Assembly (NCBI GenBank): GCA_034530615.2
Contig: JAVRCV020000009.1
Location: 1 to 64,000, forward strand
Length of the DNA stretch: 64,000 nt
Direction: 5' to 3'
From: Aulosira sp. ZfuVER01
GTDB taxonomy: Bacteria > Cyanobacteriota > Cyanobacteriia > Cyanobacteriales > Nostocaceae
Shown here: in pieces, positions 41,585-51,146 of the stretch
How positions within the stretch are numbered: the stretch's first letter is position 1
Layout: each line of letters begins with the position of its first letter
Translations under genes and position numbers: made by a program
Notes under the pieces: model-generated
Databases searched by the model: none
What the model was told of the DNA's origin: nothing
What the model saw: only the letters and a program-made list of their open reading frames with translations

Positions 41585-42850
41585 TTACAATGGTAGATGA
41601 ATTATGAACTCTGCACCTTCGCCTGGTATAGAATTAACTTCCAAAGATCCACCATGCTTTTCAGTAATTATTTGGCGGGTAATGGCTAATCCTAAACCAG
41701 TTCCTTTACCAACAGGTTTTGTGGTAAAAGCATAGCCAAAAATCTTTTCTTGAATTTCTTTAGGGATTCCTATACCATTATCTCGGATATGAATTATGGC
41801 ATGGGTTCCTTCCTGATTTAAGGTAGTTTTTATATAAATTTGCGGTTTCTTTTGACTATCTAAATGTTGGTGATGACAGTCTCTCAAAGCATCGACTGCA
41901 TTGATTAATAAATTCATAAATACTTGATTTAAAGGGCCAGGCAAACAATTAATCATTGGTAATTTGCCATAATCTTTGATTATCTGAATTTCTGGGTGCT
42001 TGTTATTTTTTTTCAGCCGATGCTTGATAATCAATAATGTACTTTCTATACCTTCATGAATATCAAAATTAACTTTGCCTTCTGTGTCATTACGCGAAAA
42101 AATTCTAAATGATTCGCTAATGTCTTTAATGCGGATAGCACTTGTTTGCATCGTTGTCAGTATATTAGATAAATCTTCAATCAAAAAATCTAATTCTATA
42201 TCTTGTGCGTGTTTCCTGATTTCTTCATCAGTCGCTTTTTGCTGATAAAGATGCAAATGCTCAACTAAGTCTCTAACATAACTCGTTGCATAAATAGAAT
42301 TAGCACTTATTGCTCCAACAGGATTATTAATTTCGTGAGCAACCCCGGCAACTAATTGTCCAAGTGTAGACATTTTTTCATTTTGGATCAATTGAAGTTG
42401 AGATTCTTGGAGTTGTTTTAGGGTTCCTTTTAATTCTTGACTTTGTGCTTCTAACTGCTTATTTAAGTTACTTAATTTGAGATGGACATTAACTCGCGCT
42501 ATCACCTCTTCTTTTTGTAAGGGTTTAGTTACATAATCGACTGCACCCATACTCAAACCTTTGACCTTATCTTCTATTTTCGATAATGCTGTCATAAAAA
42601 TGACTGGAATATCTTGAGCTTCTTTGATTTTTTTAAGGCGAAGACATATTTCAAAACCATCCATCTCTGGTAGCATTACATCTAATAAAATTAGATTGGG
42701 TGGATTTTCCTTTACTTTCTTTAATGCGCTTTCACCACTATTAGCAATCACAACACTAAACCCAGCTTGTTGTAAAATTGCTAATAAAGCCGTTGCATTT
42801 GTAGGACTATCATCAACTATTAAAATTTGCGTCTCTTGTGTTTCTACCAT
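41585..42850 (-). CDS. Hybrid sensor kinase (receiver + HisKA + HATPase)
   Basis: VDD, LLDVMLP, TKP; AHEINNP, QVFMNL, DNG.G, GTGLGL. Confidence 0.92.
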   Translation of the reverse strand: MVETQETQILIVDDSPTNATALLAILQQAGFSVVIANSGESALKKVKENPPNLILLDVMLPEMDGFEICLRLKKIKEAQDIPVIFMTALSKIEDKVKGLSMGAVDYVTKPLQKEEVIARVNVHLKLSNLNKQLEAQSQELKGTLKQLQESQLQLIQNEKMSTLGQLVAGVAHEINNPVGAISANSIYATSYVRDLVEHLHLYQQKATDEEIRKHAQDIELDFLIEDLSNILTTMQTSAIRIKDISESFRIFSRNDTEGKVNFDIHEGIESTLLIIKHRLKKNNKHPEIQIIKDYGKLPMINCLPGPLNQVFMNLLINAVDALRDCHHQHLDSQKKPQIYIKTTLNQEGTHAIIHIRDNGIGIPKEIQEKIFGYAFTTKPVGKGTGLGLAITRQIITEKHGGSLEVNSIPGEGAEFIIHLPL

Positions 42851-43413
42851 GTATGAATTTTGTTTGTTATACCAAATATTATTTTTAAATAGTTTTAAAA
42901 TTGAGCTAAAATAGAATATTAATTGGATTTAAAATATTAAAACTAATTTAATGACAAATATTGGATAGCCATTATTTTTATAGTTTTCATCTAAAAAAAC
43001 AACCATCAATGCTATATCATTAAGTGTTGGATCAAATTACATATTAGCTAAATCATATAGACTCTACTACAGGATAATTACATAATATATTTATGTTTTA
43101 TCTAGAAAAATATCAGTAGAAATTCTATTTCTCTTGAGAAAAAACCTGAGTATAATTAATGGCAAAATATTTTCTAAAAAATTATTTATATCAATAAAAA
43201 AAGCCAACTTTTCTATTGGCTAATAAATATATCCTTATCCGCAGATAAAGCCTTGGGAAATAATCATTCTCCCGATGTTACTCAATCATACTGACCCCAA
43301 ATTTCACGATAAAAAAACTCTAGTGAAAGCTCCTCGTTTCCGCAAAAACTCTGTGTAATCTACATTTAACAGATCGCTGTTAATCTAAAATCCAGACTAA
43401 ATTTTCCCTAATT

Positions 43414-44142
43414 CTAAGGATAAACACCAGGCTTGCTCAAAATTTGTTTCTGAGATGTAGTCAAATCAGGGTAATCATTGGCATTATATGAGTTTCTTGA
43501 CCATGCCGAGGGATAGGGAGAATACTTATAAAAAAGTGTCCGGCGCTCATGTGTTCCCCGCCAAGGAAGAGTACCGTGAGTTAAAGCCTCAGTAAAAATA
43601 ATGGCGCTACCAGCCTTAAGAGTAACAGCCTGTACGCAAGCACTAGGAGATTGCAGATTTCGCCATTGTTCTGGTAAAGGTAGATTACTTTTATGACTTC
43701 CAGGGATGCAAGCAAATCCACCTTCGCCAGGATGTACATCATTTAGCTCGTAAGCAACAGCAGTTAATCCGTTGTAGATTTTACCATTGTTGAAAAGATA
43801 GTACTGGCAGGGATCGTAGGGAGTTCCACCCCCATGTAAGTGACAACCAATCGGGCCCAGACCTTGACGAATAATGTGAACATAGTCATGATCTAAGCGA
43901 AATTGCTTTCCTAGCAACTCAGATAGATAGGGAGCGATCGCTCGATTATCAATCAATTCTCGGAAAGGCTGACCCCAAGGTAACAAATCATCGAAGCGTA
44001 AGAATGGTGCTTCTGGATTATCTTGGCGTGCAATTTGCCGATCTAATAGTGCTTGAAGGGCTGCAATCTGGTCACTGTTAAGCGCATTCTCAATAACTAA
44101 GAATCCTTGTAAGTCAAAAAGATAGCGTTCCAAGTCGGTCAT
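43414..44142 (-). CDS. Phytanoyl-CoA dioxygenase (PhyH)-like Fe/2OG oxygenase
   Basis: FDLQGFL, G.F.CIPGSHK, AG....F...L.HG, R motifs. Confidence 0.85.
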   Translation of the reverse strand: MTDLERYLFDLQGFLVIENALNSDQIAALQALLDRQIARQDNPEAPFLRFDDLLPWGQPFRELIDNRAIAPYLSELLGKQFRLDHDYVHIIRQGLGPIGCHLHGGGTPYDPCQYYLFNNGKIYNGLTAVAYELNDVHPGEGGFACIPGSHKSNLPLPEQWRNLQSPSACVQAVTLKAGSAIIFTEALTHGTLPWRGTHERRTLFYKYSPYPSAWSRNSYNANDYPDLTTSQKQILSKPGVYP

Positions 44143-44513
44143 GGAAATTGTTATTGGCTAAGAAGTTACCCATTAAAGCATTTTATTTATCAAACTTCAA
44201 AGCCGAGAAATTAACATATACCTTAGTAGCTTTTATTACACTTGGCTAATCTTTTAGTAGATAATACCAATTCCAAATTCGTTTGGAAAAGTTGCGTGCG
44301 TATCTGTCGTCTTCTTTTTTTAAATTTGTATAAATTATTCCAAGTAATTCTTATCTGCAAATTGTCTAGATTAGACATTGCCTGCGTTTAAATATTTGTT
44401 TTTGAAGCGAAATTAACAATAATTTTTCTTAACATTTTATACTTATCTCCTACGATAGAAGGCTATATCGCCGGCAAGAATTAAACTAGATTTTAAGTTT
44501 TTAATAGAAAATT

Positions 44514-44786
44514 ATGAATCTTCTTGCTTGGATAGTTTTAGGTATTATTGCCGGAGCTATAGCTAAAGCTATTTACCCTGGTCGTCAGGGTGGCGGAATT
44601 ATTGCAACAATGGTTTTAGGTATAATTGGTGCTTTAATTGGAGGAAGTTTAGTTTCTATTTTAGGTAAAGGCGGAGCAACATTTGCTGCTGGAACTCTCA
44701 GTATTCCTAGCTTGATTATTGCTGTAATTGGTGCCATAATTGCTATTTTCTTATGGGGCTTAATTACTGGTCGTAGCAGCTATTAG
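44514..44786 (+). CDS. GlsB/YeaQ/YmgE family stress membrane protein
   Basis: WIVLG.IAG.IAK...PG...GG...T..LGI.GA..GG. Confidence 0.9.
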   Translation: MNLLAWIVLGIIAGAIAKAIYPGRQGGGIIATMVLGIIGALIGGSLVSILGKGGATFAAGTLSIPSLIIAVIGAIIAIFLWGLITGRSSY

Positions 44787-44845
44787 TTAAGTAGAATCAG
44801 ATTCATGGTTAGCTTTTAATCTAACCTTTTATTTAATAAATCAAA

Positions 44846-44877
44846 AGAACTCCACTTCTCTTTGGAAGTGGAGTTCT
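44846..44877. terminator. Bidirectional terminator
   Basis: AGAACTCCACTTC / GAAGTGGAGTTCT 13-bp stem between convergent genes. Confidence 0.8.
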
Positions 44878-44915
44878 AAAATTAAAAATCGCACCCAAGG
44901 ATTTGATTTACAGAA

Positions 44916-45098
44916 CTAATCTAAAGCTTTTTTGAGTTCATCTTTAATGTTTTCGGTAGTGTGGATAACTTGGGCTTCAGCTTGCTTGGCTTTACCTTCA
45001 GCCTTATCTGCCGGATTGCCAGTTACTTCACCGATGACTTCTTGCAGCTTTCCTTCAATATTTTTTGCAGTTGCTTCTACTCTTTTTTCAATACTCAT
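44916..45098 (-). CDS. CsbD family stress protein
   Basis: EGK.QE..G..TG...KAEG.AKQ pattern, 60 aa. Confidence 0.88.
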   Translation of the reverse strand: MSIEKRVEATAKNIEGKLQEVIGEVTGNPADKAEGKAKQAEAQVIHTTENIKDELKKALD

Positions 45099-45176
45099 AG
45101 GTTTTTAATCTTATTTTTACTTGGTTTAATCATTGATTCACAGAAACAATCTACTGCAATATTTAATATTTGGTAT

Positions 45177-45226
45177 CTATCATGAGATAGTTTGTTTCGC
45201 TGAATAATTATCTACTTGAGATAGAT
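45177..45226. promoter_or_regulatory. Two CTATC-N4-GATAG-like boxes in the divergent csbD / TIGR02587 promoter region
   Basis: CTATC-ATGA-GATAG (45177-45190) and TCTAC-TTGA-GATAG (45211-45224). Confidence 0.55.
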
Positions 45227-45325
45227 GTTAAATTAAATTTAAATTCATAGATAATATGGAAATTACCAAAATATAAAGCGTCAGAGATGAAATAGTTATT
45301 TAAATATCATAAGGATAGTAGAGGA

Positions 45326-46180
45326 GTGTTCAAAAAACGCCATAAAAATCAATGGAGAAGTGAAATTAATGACATTATCCGGGGTGCGTGTGGAGGGTTT
45401 CTATTTGGGATTCCGTTGTTATACACAATGGAAGTATGGTGGATTGGGTCACTGGCCAAACCACAACTAATGATGTTGGCGATCGCCTTGATGTTTATTG
45501 GAGTATTCTTACTCAATAAGACGGAAGGCTTTCGCAAACGCAGACATCAGAAGCGACCTTATGAAGCTGCAACAGATACTGTAGAAGCGATCGCAATTGG
45601 GCTAGCTTGCTCTAGCTTTGTGCTGTTTTTACTACAAGAACTGACACTTGACTCTCCACTCAAAGAAGCCTTGGGCAAAATCATCTTTGAAAGTGTACCC
45701 TTTACACTCGGTGTAGCATTAGCCAATCAATTTCTGGGAGATACTGACAATCCCCAAGGACAAAGTAAACGACGCAGTGAGTTAGACGCCACCTTTGCTG
45801 ATTTAGGTGCAACTGTGATTGGTGCGACTGTAATTGCATTTAACATCGCCCCTACAGATGAAATTCCCATGCTAGCAGCCACGGTTTCGCCTGCTTGGCA
45901 ATTAGGAATTATTGCCACATCTTTAATCATTTCCTATGGGATAGTATTTCAGGCAGGCTTTTCAGATCAGCAAAAACGCAGACAGCAAAAAGGAATTTTT
46001 CAACGACCATCCAGCGAAACTATTATGTCCTACTTAGTGTCACTGCTAGCAGCCGCAATGATGCTATGGTTCTTTCAAAAACTGACTCTTAGCGACCCTT
46101 GGACTATGTGGTTGGATCACACCTTAATGCTGGGATTACCTGCAACGATTGGTGGTGCAGCTGGGAGGTTAGCGATATGA
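45326..46180 (+). CDS. TIGR02587 family integral membrane protein
   Basis: GG.LFG.PLLYTMEVWW.G, N.APTDE, LGLPA.IG.AAGRL. Confidence 0.85.
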   Translation: MFKKRHKNQWRSEINDIIRGACGGFLFGIPLLYTMEVWWIGSLAKPQLMMLAIALMFIGVFLLNKTEGFRKRRHQKRPYEAATDTVEAIAIGLACSSFVLFLLQELTLDSPLKEALGKIIFESVPFTLGVALANQFLGDTDNPQGQSKRRSELDATFADLGATVIGATVIAFNIAPTDEIPMLAATVSPAWQLGIIATSLIISYGIVFQAGFSDQQKRRQQKGIFQRPSSETIMSYLVSLLAAAMMLWFFQKLTLSDPWTMWLDHTLMLGLPATIGGAAGRLAI

Positions 46181-46578
46181 ATAATACAGAAAACCAAAAT
46201 CAAGAGCGATCGCTTGCTGAATGGGTGACATTCAGTGCTGCTTCATTCATCCTAGCAGCGATCGTTAGTTTAGTAGGATACACTTGGCTAACCAACAAAA
46301 ATCAACCTCCCATTGTATCAGTTAGCAACAAACAAACAATTCGGGAAATTGATGGACAATTTTATGTTCCCTTTGAAGTTGTTAATAAGGGTGGAGATAC
46401 AGCTGAATCAGTGCAAATAATGGCTGAGTTAAAGATTGACGGTAAAGTTGCGGAAACAGGGGAACAACAAATTGACTTTTTATCTCATGGTGAAAAGGAA
46501 GAAGGTGCATTTGTATTTAGCCATAATCCCCAGGAAGGTCAGTTGACTATGCGTGTTGCTAGTTATAAATTGCCCTAG
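46177..46578 (+). CDS. TIGR02588 family protein
   Basis: ATGA overlap with the upstream gene; AEW, V.N.G..TA..V, IDFL...E...G.F.F...P. Confidence 0.82.
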   Translation: MNNTENQNQERSLAEWVTFSAASFILAAIVSLVGYTWLTNKNQPPIVSVSNKQTIREIDGQFYVPFEVVNKGGDTAESVQIMAELKIDGKVAETGEQQIDFLSHGEKEEGAFVFSHNPQEGQLTMRVASYKLP

Positions 46579-46667
46579 TTGAGGGATTCTAACTATACCA
46601 TTCTGGTTATTCAAAACTCAAAAAGCCCAACCGCGAGTTATTATCATCAAGTAGTTTTTAACACTAT

Positions 46668-48149
46668 GTGATGACTCAAAGAATTACCCTTAGTTTGATG
46701 CTATTGTTTCTTGGTAGCCATATTAGTCTTACCCAGCAAGCAGCTAAAGCACAGGTACCAACACCAGTAGCACCCGCCACTACCACAAAAGCAATTTGCC
46801 CTGCCCAACTGGGAACATCTATAGATGCTGTCATCAATCGGCCTCTATTCAATCGCGTGCGCTGGGGAATATTAGTCCAACCTCTGTCATCTGGCTCAAC
46901 TCTTTACAGTCGGGATGCTAACAAATACTTTACTCCAGCTTCTAATACAAAACTACTAACCACAGCTGCTGCATTGCAGCAGTTAGGAGAAAATTTTCGC
47001 ATTCGTACCTCTATTTATCAGAACCCCAATGGAGTTTTGCGCGTTGTTGGTAGAGGAGATCCCAGCTTAAGTGATACTCAATTGCAAGCATTAGCACAGC
47101 AATTGCAACAGAAAGGCATTACCCAAATTAAACAATTGATTGTCGATGATAGTTATATTCAAGGCGATACAGTTAACTCGACATGGGAATGGGAAGATGT
47201 GCAGTCAGATTATGGCGCACCCGTTGGCAGTTTTATTTTGAATCAAAATGTTTTTGACTTCAAGCTTGTACCACAAACTATAGGTAAACCTTTACAAATT
47301 GCGTGGAATGATGCCAACGAGGCGGGAAAGTGGCGGATAATTAATCAATCAACGACAGTTAGCAAAAATCAACCAAGCTACATCAACGTTACCCGCGATT
47401 TAACAGGAACAGTTTTGCGAATTCAAGGGCAACTAGTAGAGAAATCTGAACCTTATTTAGTAACCTTACCTGTAGTTGACCCTAACTATTACTTTTTGCG
47501 TCACTTGCGTACTGCTTTAGCAACGCAAAAAATTACTTTAGGACAAACATTCGTATTAAATGGTGGGACTAATCAACAAGAAATAGCTGCTATAGATTCA
47601 CCTCCATTATCGGAATTGTTGATGGAGACTCTGCAAAATAGTAATAATCTTTATGCTGAAGCGCTACTGAGAGCATTAGCTGTTAAAAAACCTCAACAAC
47701 CAAAAGAGCAGAATAAAAATACTGCTGATATTGGGTTAGAAGTTTTGAAGATGAGTTTAACTCAATTAGGAGTTGATCCAACGACTTACTTTTTAGTAGA
47801 TGGTTCTGGGTTATCACGTCGTAACCTAGTATCTCCAGAAGGTTTAGTACAAACTTTGCGCTTAATGGCAAAAACACCCGCCGCAGCTATTTATCGCGCA
47901 TCCTTACCAATTGCAGGGAAAAGCGGTACTTTGAAAAATCGTTTTCGCAACACTCCGGCTGAGGGGATTGTGCAAGCAAAAACAGGTACATTGACTGGTG
48001 CAGTTTCCCTAACTGGATATGTGAACGGGACTAAATATGAACCATTAATTTTTAGTATTATGGTAAATCAAAGCGAACAGCCAGCAAGCAATATAAGGCA
48101 AGCAATTGATGAAATTGTGGTGTTATTAACACAGTTGCAGCGTTGTTAA
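46668..48149 (+). CDS. dacB: D-alanyl-D-alanine carboxypeptidase/endopeptidase (PBP4)
   Basis: PASNTK, SNN, DGSGLSR, AKTG motifs; signal peptide. Confidence 0.93.
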   Translation: MMTQRITLSLMLLFLGSHISLTQQAAKAQVPTPVAPATTTKAICPAQLGTSIDAVINRPLFNRVRWGILVQPLSSGSTLYSRDANKYFTPASNTKLLTTAAALQQLGENFRIRTSIYQNPNGVLRVVGRGDPSLSDTQLQALAQQLQQKGITQIKQLIVDDSYIQGDTVNSTWEWEDVQSDYGAPVGSFILNQNVFDFKLVPQTIGKPLQIAWNDANEAGKWRIINQSTTVSKNQPSYINVTRDLTGTVLRIQGQLVEKSEPYLVTLPVVDPNYYFLRHLRTALATQKITLGQTFVLNGGTNQQEIAAIDSPPLSELLMETLQNSNNLYAEALLRALAVKKPQQPKEQNKNTADIGLEVLKMSLTQLGVDPTTYFLVDGSGLSRRNLVSPEGLVQTLRLMAKTPAAAIYRASLPIAGKSGTLKNRFRNTPAEGIVQAKTGTLTGAVSLTGYVNGTKYEPLIFSIMVNQSEQPASNIRQAIDEIVVLLTQLQRC

Positions 48150-48186
48150 TTTATCAAACAAAAAACATGGTGCTTTAAAAATTTAG

Positions 48187-48396
48187 GACTCTTACATAAG
48201 TCTATTAGTGACCACAGGTTTTTTAGGGTCTTACACTACTTTCTCAACTTATGAGTTAGATGCAGCTAAGTTGCTCCAAGAAAGCAGCTTAGAAATGGGT
48301 TTGGTTTACTACCTTAGTAGTTCTTTTTTCGCCCTGATTAGCCTATTGTTAGGGAATGCGTTAGCCGAATTTTTTATTCTTAAAAAAGAATCATGA
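48187..48396 (+). pseudogene. crcB: 5'-truncated fluoride channel CrcB/Fluc remnant
   Basis: TTGFLGSYTTFSTY signature plus last TM only; in-frame TAG at 48184 and no room for the N-terminal half. Confidence 0.8.
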
Positions 48397-48468
48397 CTAA
48401 TCAAGATAAATAAGCTTTAGACTTGAGGAATATTTATAGGTGCATGATGAACCACTTTCACTGTATCC

Positions 48469-48579
48469 GGGAGCATTCCAATTTTGGAAATTTATCAAAT
48501 TAAAACTAGTCATTGCGAACGCTTCATTTCATTACGCTCGCAATGACAAAATATGTTTTTACACATTTGGGATGCTCCC
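48469..48579. mobile_element. MITE-like element
   Basis: Terminal IRs GGGAGCATTCCAATT / ATTTGGGATGCTCCC (13 of 15 match); internal GTCATTGCGA / TCGCAATGAC palindrome (48509-48547). Confidence 0.65.
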
Positions 48580-48590
48580 ATGTATCTTCA

Positions 48591-50303
48591 TCATGGTATT
48601 AATTCCTCGCATCTTAATAAAAGAACTCTTACTTGTTTTAGTTCATCACTATGCTCATCTAAAAAACTTCGCAGCTTATCTTCTTGGTCAATTAATTCCA
48701 GACATTGAGGGAGTTTGTGAGGAGAAAATTCGTGATGGTCATGGTGCAAATCATCTCCTTTCAAAAATCCCACTGAAACTTGGTATACTATAACTTGTTC
48801 AATGCCAAATTCTTTAGCACGGGCAGCTAAATAATAAGTTAAAGATGGTGCTGTTAATTTTTGCCAAAATGTTTTTTTAGGTACACGAGATCCAGAGTGA
48901 AAATACAAACGTAAAACCGTCAAATTGTGCATTTCAATTTCTTCCCCTTGGTGTACAAATCCCCAAAAATGCAGGTCGTTGAATAAATGAATTTGTTTTT
49001 CAATCTTTTTTTCTACAGTCCGAGCAGCTTCTAGGGATTGGGTGGCTAAACTTCGTCCTTCTTGCACAGGCATGAAATGGTATTTGCCTGAGCCAATGCG
49101 TTGTGCTTTATAAATACCCGCGTGCCCAGAAAAAACATAGCTGGCTACACAAGCAATACCAATAAAAACTCCCGATTCTAATCCAAACAGTTCAATTCCC
49201 ATCAAAGTTGAGGCGATAGGAGTATTGGCTGCACCACCAAAGACAGCAACAAACCCCATACCTGCAAGTAGTGGTGCAGGTAGAGCCAATATTAAAGACA
49301 AAGCATTACCTAATGTTGCACCAATATAAAATAGAGGAGTTACTTCTCCTCCTTTAAAACCTGCTCCTAAAGTCAAAGCAGTAAAAGCTATTTTGGTAGC
49401 AAAATCCCAAGGTGGTAACTGAGTATTAAAAGCATCAACAATTGTGGGAATACCCAGTCCAATGTATTTTGTAGTTCCGACTGCCCAAACAGCCAATGCC
49501 ACAATCACTCCACCAATGGCGGGGCGTAAAGGAGGATAGGAGATTTTTTCTTTAAAAATGTGGCTAATTTTATGAGTTAGTTTGGCAAAAATCATCGCTA
49601 CAATGCCAAAAATTGCACCAGCAACAATTGCCGAAATCAGCCCCATGAAGGTGATTGTGGGGATAACGGGGGCATGACGATACGCTGTATGATGCAAACC
49701 TAACATTAAGGTAACGCGATCGCCTACGACTGCGGCAATTAAACAAGGAAACAGTGCATCATGTTGGATTGTCCCAATAGCTAAAACTTCTAAACCAAAG
49801 ATGGTTCCTGCTAAGGGAGTTCCGAAAACTGAAGCGAATCCTCCACTTAAACCTGCCATTAATATAATGCGTCGATCTGCGTGTTTAAAGTGGAATATCT
49901 TTGTCAATCTATCTGCCAGTGAAGCTGCTATTTGTAGGGCTGTACCTTCACGACCGGCGGAACCTCCAAAGAAATGAGTTAGGTCTGTGCCAAACAAAAC
50001 TAAAGGAGCCATCCGCAAAGGAATAATATCTTTAGGATTGTGGATTTCTTCCAGTAAAAGATTGTTTCCTGCCTCTACACTTTTGCCAAACTGATGATAA
50101 ATCCAACCACTTAAAAAACCGCCTAAAGGTAATAGTGAAATTATCCAAAGATGTGATTCTCTCCAATCGGTTGACCATTCCAAGGATGCCAAAAGAGCAG
50201 CAGAACCTATGCCAGAAAGAATACCAACAACCAAGGAGATAATGAACCACTTGCTGAGTTGGGGTAAGGCAATTAATTGTTCTAAATGGCGTAATTTATT
50301 CAT
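48591..50303 (-). CDS. eriC: CLC-F fluoride/proton antiporter with C-terminal DUF190-like domain
   Basis: CLC-F signatures GNNL, GREGT, GEVTP; about 110-aa C-terminal extension. Confidence 0.9.
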   Translation of the reverse strand: MNKLRHLEQLIALPQLSKWFIISLVVGILSGIGSAALLASLEWSTDWRESHLWIISLLPLGGFLSGWIYHQFGKSVEAGNNLLLEEIHNPKDIIPLRMAPLVLFGTDLTHFFGGSAGREGTALQIAASLADRLTKIFHFKHADRRIILMAGLSGGFASVFGTPLAGTIFGLEVLAIGTIQHDALFPCLIAAVVGDRVTLMLGLHHTAYRHAPVIPTITFMGLISAIVAGAIFGIVAMIFAKLTHKISHIFKEKISYPPLRPAIGGVIVALAVWAVGTTKYIGLGIPTIVDAFNTQLPPWDFATKIAFTALTLGAGFKGGEVTPLFYIGATLGNALSLILALPAPLLAGMGFVAVFGGAANTPIASTLMGIELFGLESGVFIGIACVASYVFSGHAGIYKAQRIGSGKYHFMPVQEGRSLATQSLEAARTVEKKIEKQIHLFNDLHFWGFVHQGEEIEMHNLTVLRLYFHSGSRVPKKTFWQKLTAPSLTYYLAARAKEFGIEQVIVYQVSVGFLKGDDLHHDHHEFSPHKLPQCLELIDQEDKLRSFLDEHSDELKQVRVLLLRCEELIP

Positions 50304-50394
50304 ATCCAAATTGCTGTTATTTCTTGCTGGTTTGTATTAAAAAATTTTGGTAGAAGTTGTTTAAGATCAAAAAATCTGCAAAAAATTCAGATTT

Positions 50395-50910
50395 TTATGT
50401 AAATATTTGCGGTCTATAACGAGCCAGAATTATCTCAATCAAATTGAGCTTTTTTGAGTTTAAAAGAAGTTTAGTAATAAATTTAAAAATTAAAAAATTA
50501 GTAGAAGAATTAGTTACATTAAAAAATGTAGCTTTTTGAGTAGCAATACTTACTATTGATGGAATTGTCTTAAATTTTGCTACTCTGAGTTTGGTAATAT
50601 TTAAATTTTGTTTGAGTATAACTGGCAAGTAAGCCAACAAAATCCGGTAATGATTGGCTGAGTCAGCAGCTATTTTACTGCTATCAAAAGAGCAAACTGC
50701 GATCGCCAACTGCGGGGCTTCGCTCATCACACGATCGCAAAAGCTTATACCGCTCTTACTCAGCTCAACACCACAGGCGATCGCCTTAATTATTAGTACT
50801 ATCCAAGGATTACAGGCTAAAGCTGTTTCGGTAGTTTCTAAAAACCGCAGCTTGATTATTCTGAAGCTTTTTTTGAAAATTGCAAAAAAAATTCCGCCCA
50901 TTTTATCCAC
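50395..50910 (-). CDS. Possible ORF of unknown function in the riboswitch-CLC leader
   Basis: 171-codon open frame in AT-rich DNA, GGAG upstream of ATG 50901; no recognisable domain. Confidence 0.3.
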   Translation of the reverse strand: MDKMGGIFFAIFKKSFRIIKLRFLETTETALACNPWIVLIIKAIACGVELSKSGISFCDRVMSEAPQLAIAVCSFDSSKIAADSANHYRILLAYLPVILKQNLNITKLRVAKFKTIPSIVSIATQKATFFNVTNSSTNFLIFKFITKLLLNSKKLNLIEIILARYRPQIFT

Positions 50911-50978
50911 TCCAACCTGACTAATAGTTTTTAGCTCTTACTACCTACTTGTTTACAGCAGGTTAATTGCAGTATTGA

Positions 50979-51042
50979 ACTAGAAACTATCAGCCACAGG
51001 GGCGGTTCTCTGGTTATTTCAGAAGGCGAGTTTCATCACCAA
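50979..51042 (-). ncRNA. Fluoride riboswitch (crcB motif)
   Basis: Minus strand GGTGATGAAACTCGCC...AACCGCC...GGCTGATAGTTTCTA; pseudoknot GAAAC/GTTTC; upstream of CLC-F. Confidence 0.9.
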
Positions 51043-51146
51043 TGTTCTTGTAATACCAAATTCCACCCTAAGTTGTCAAGATATTAGATTGATCTTACCT
51101 GATGAAATAAAGAAGCAAACTCTAATGACACCTCTTGGTTTCAGAA

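Noticed and set aside
48440..48793. 117-aa plus-strand ORF
   Set aside because: Runs through the MITE-like element and antisense to the CLC gene; no protein-like features
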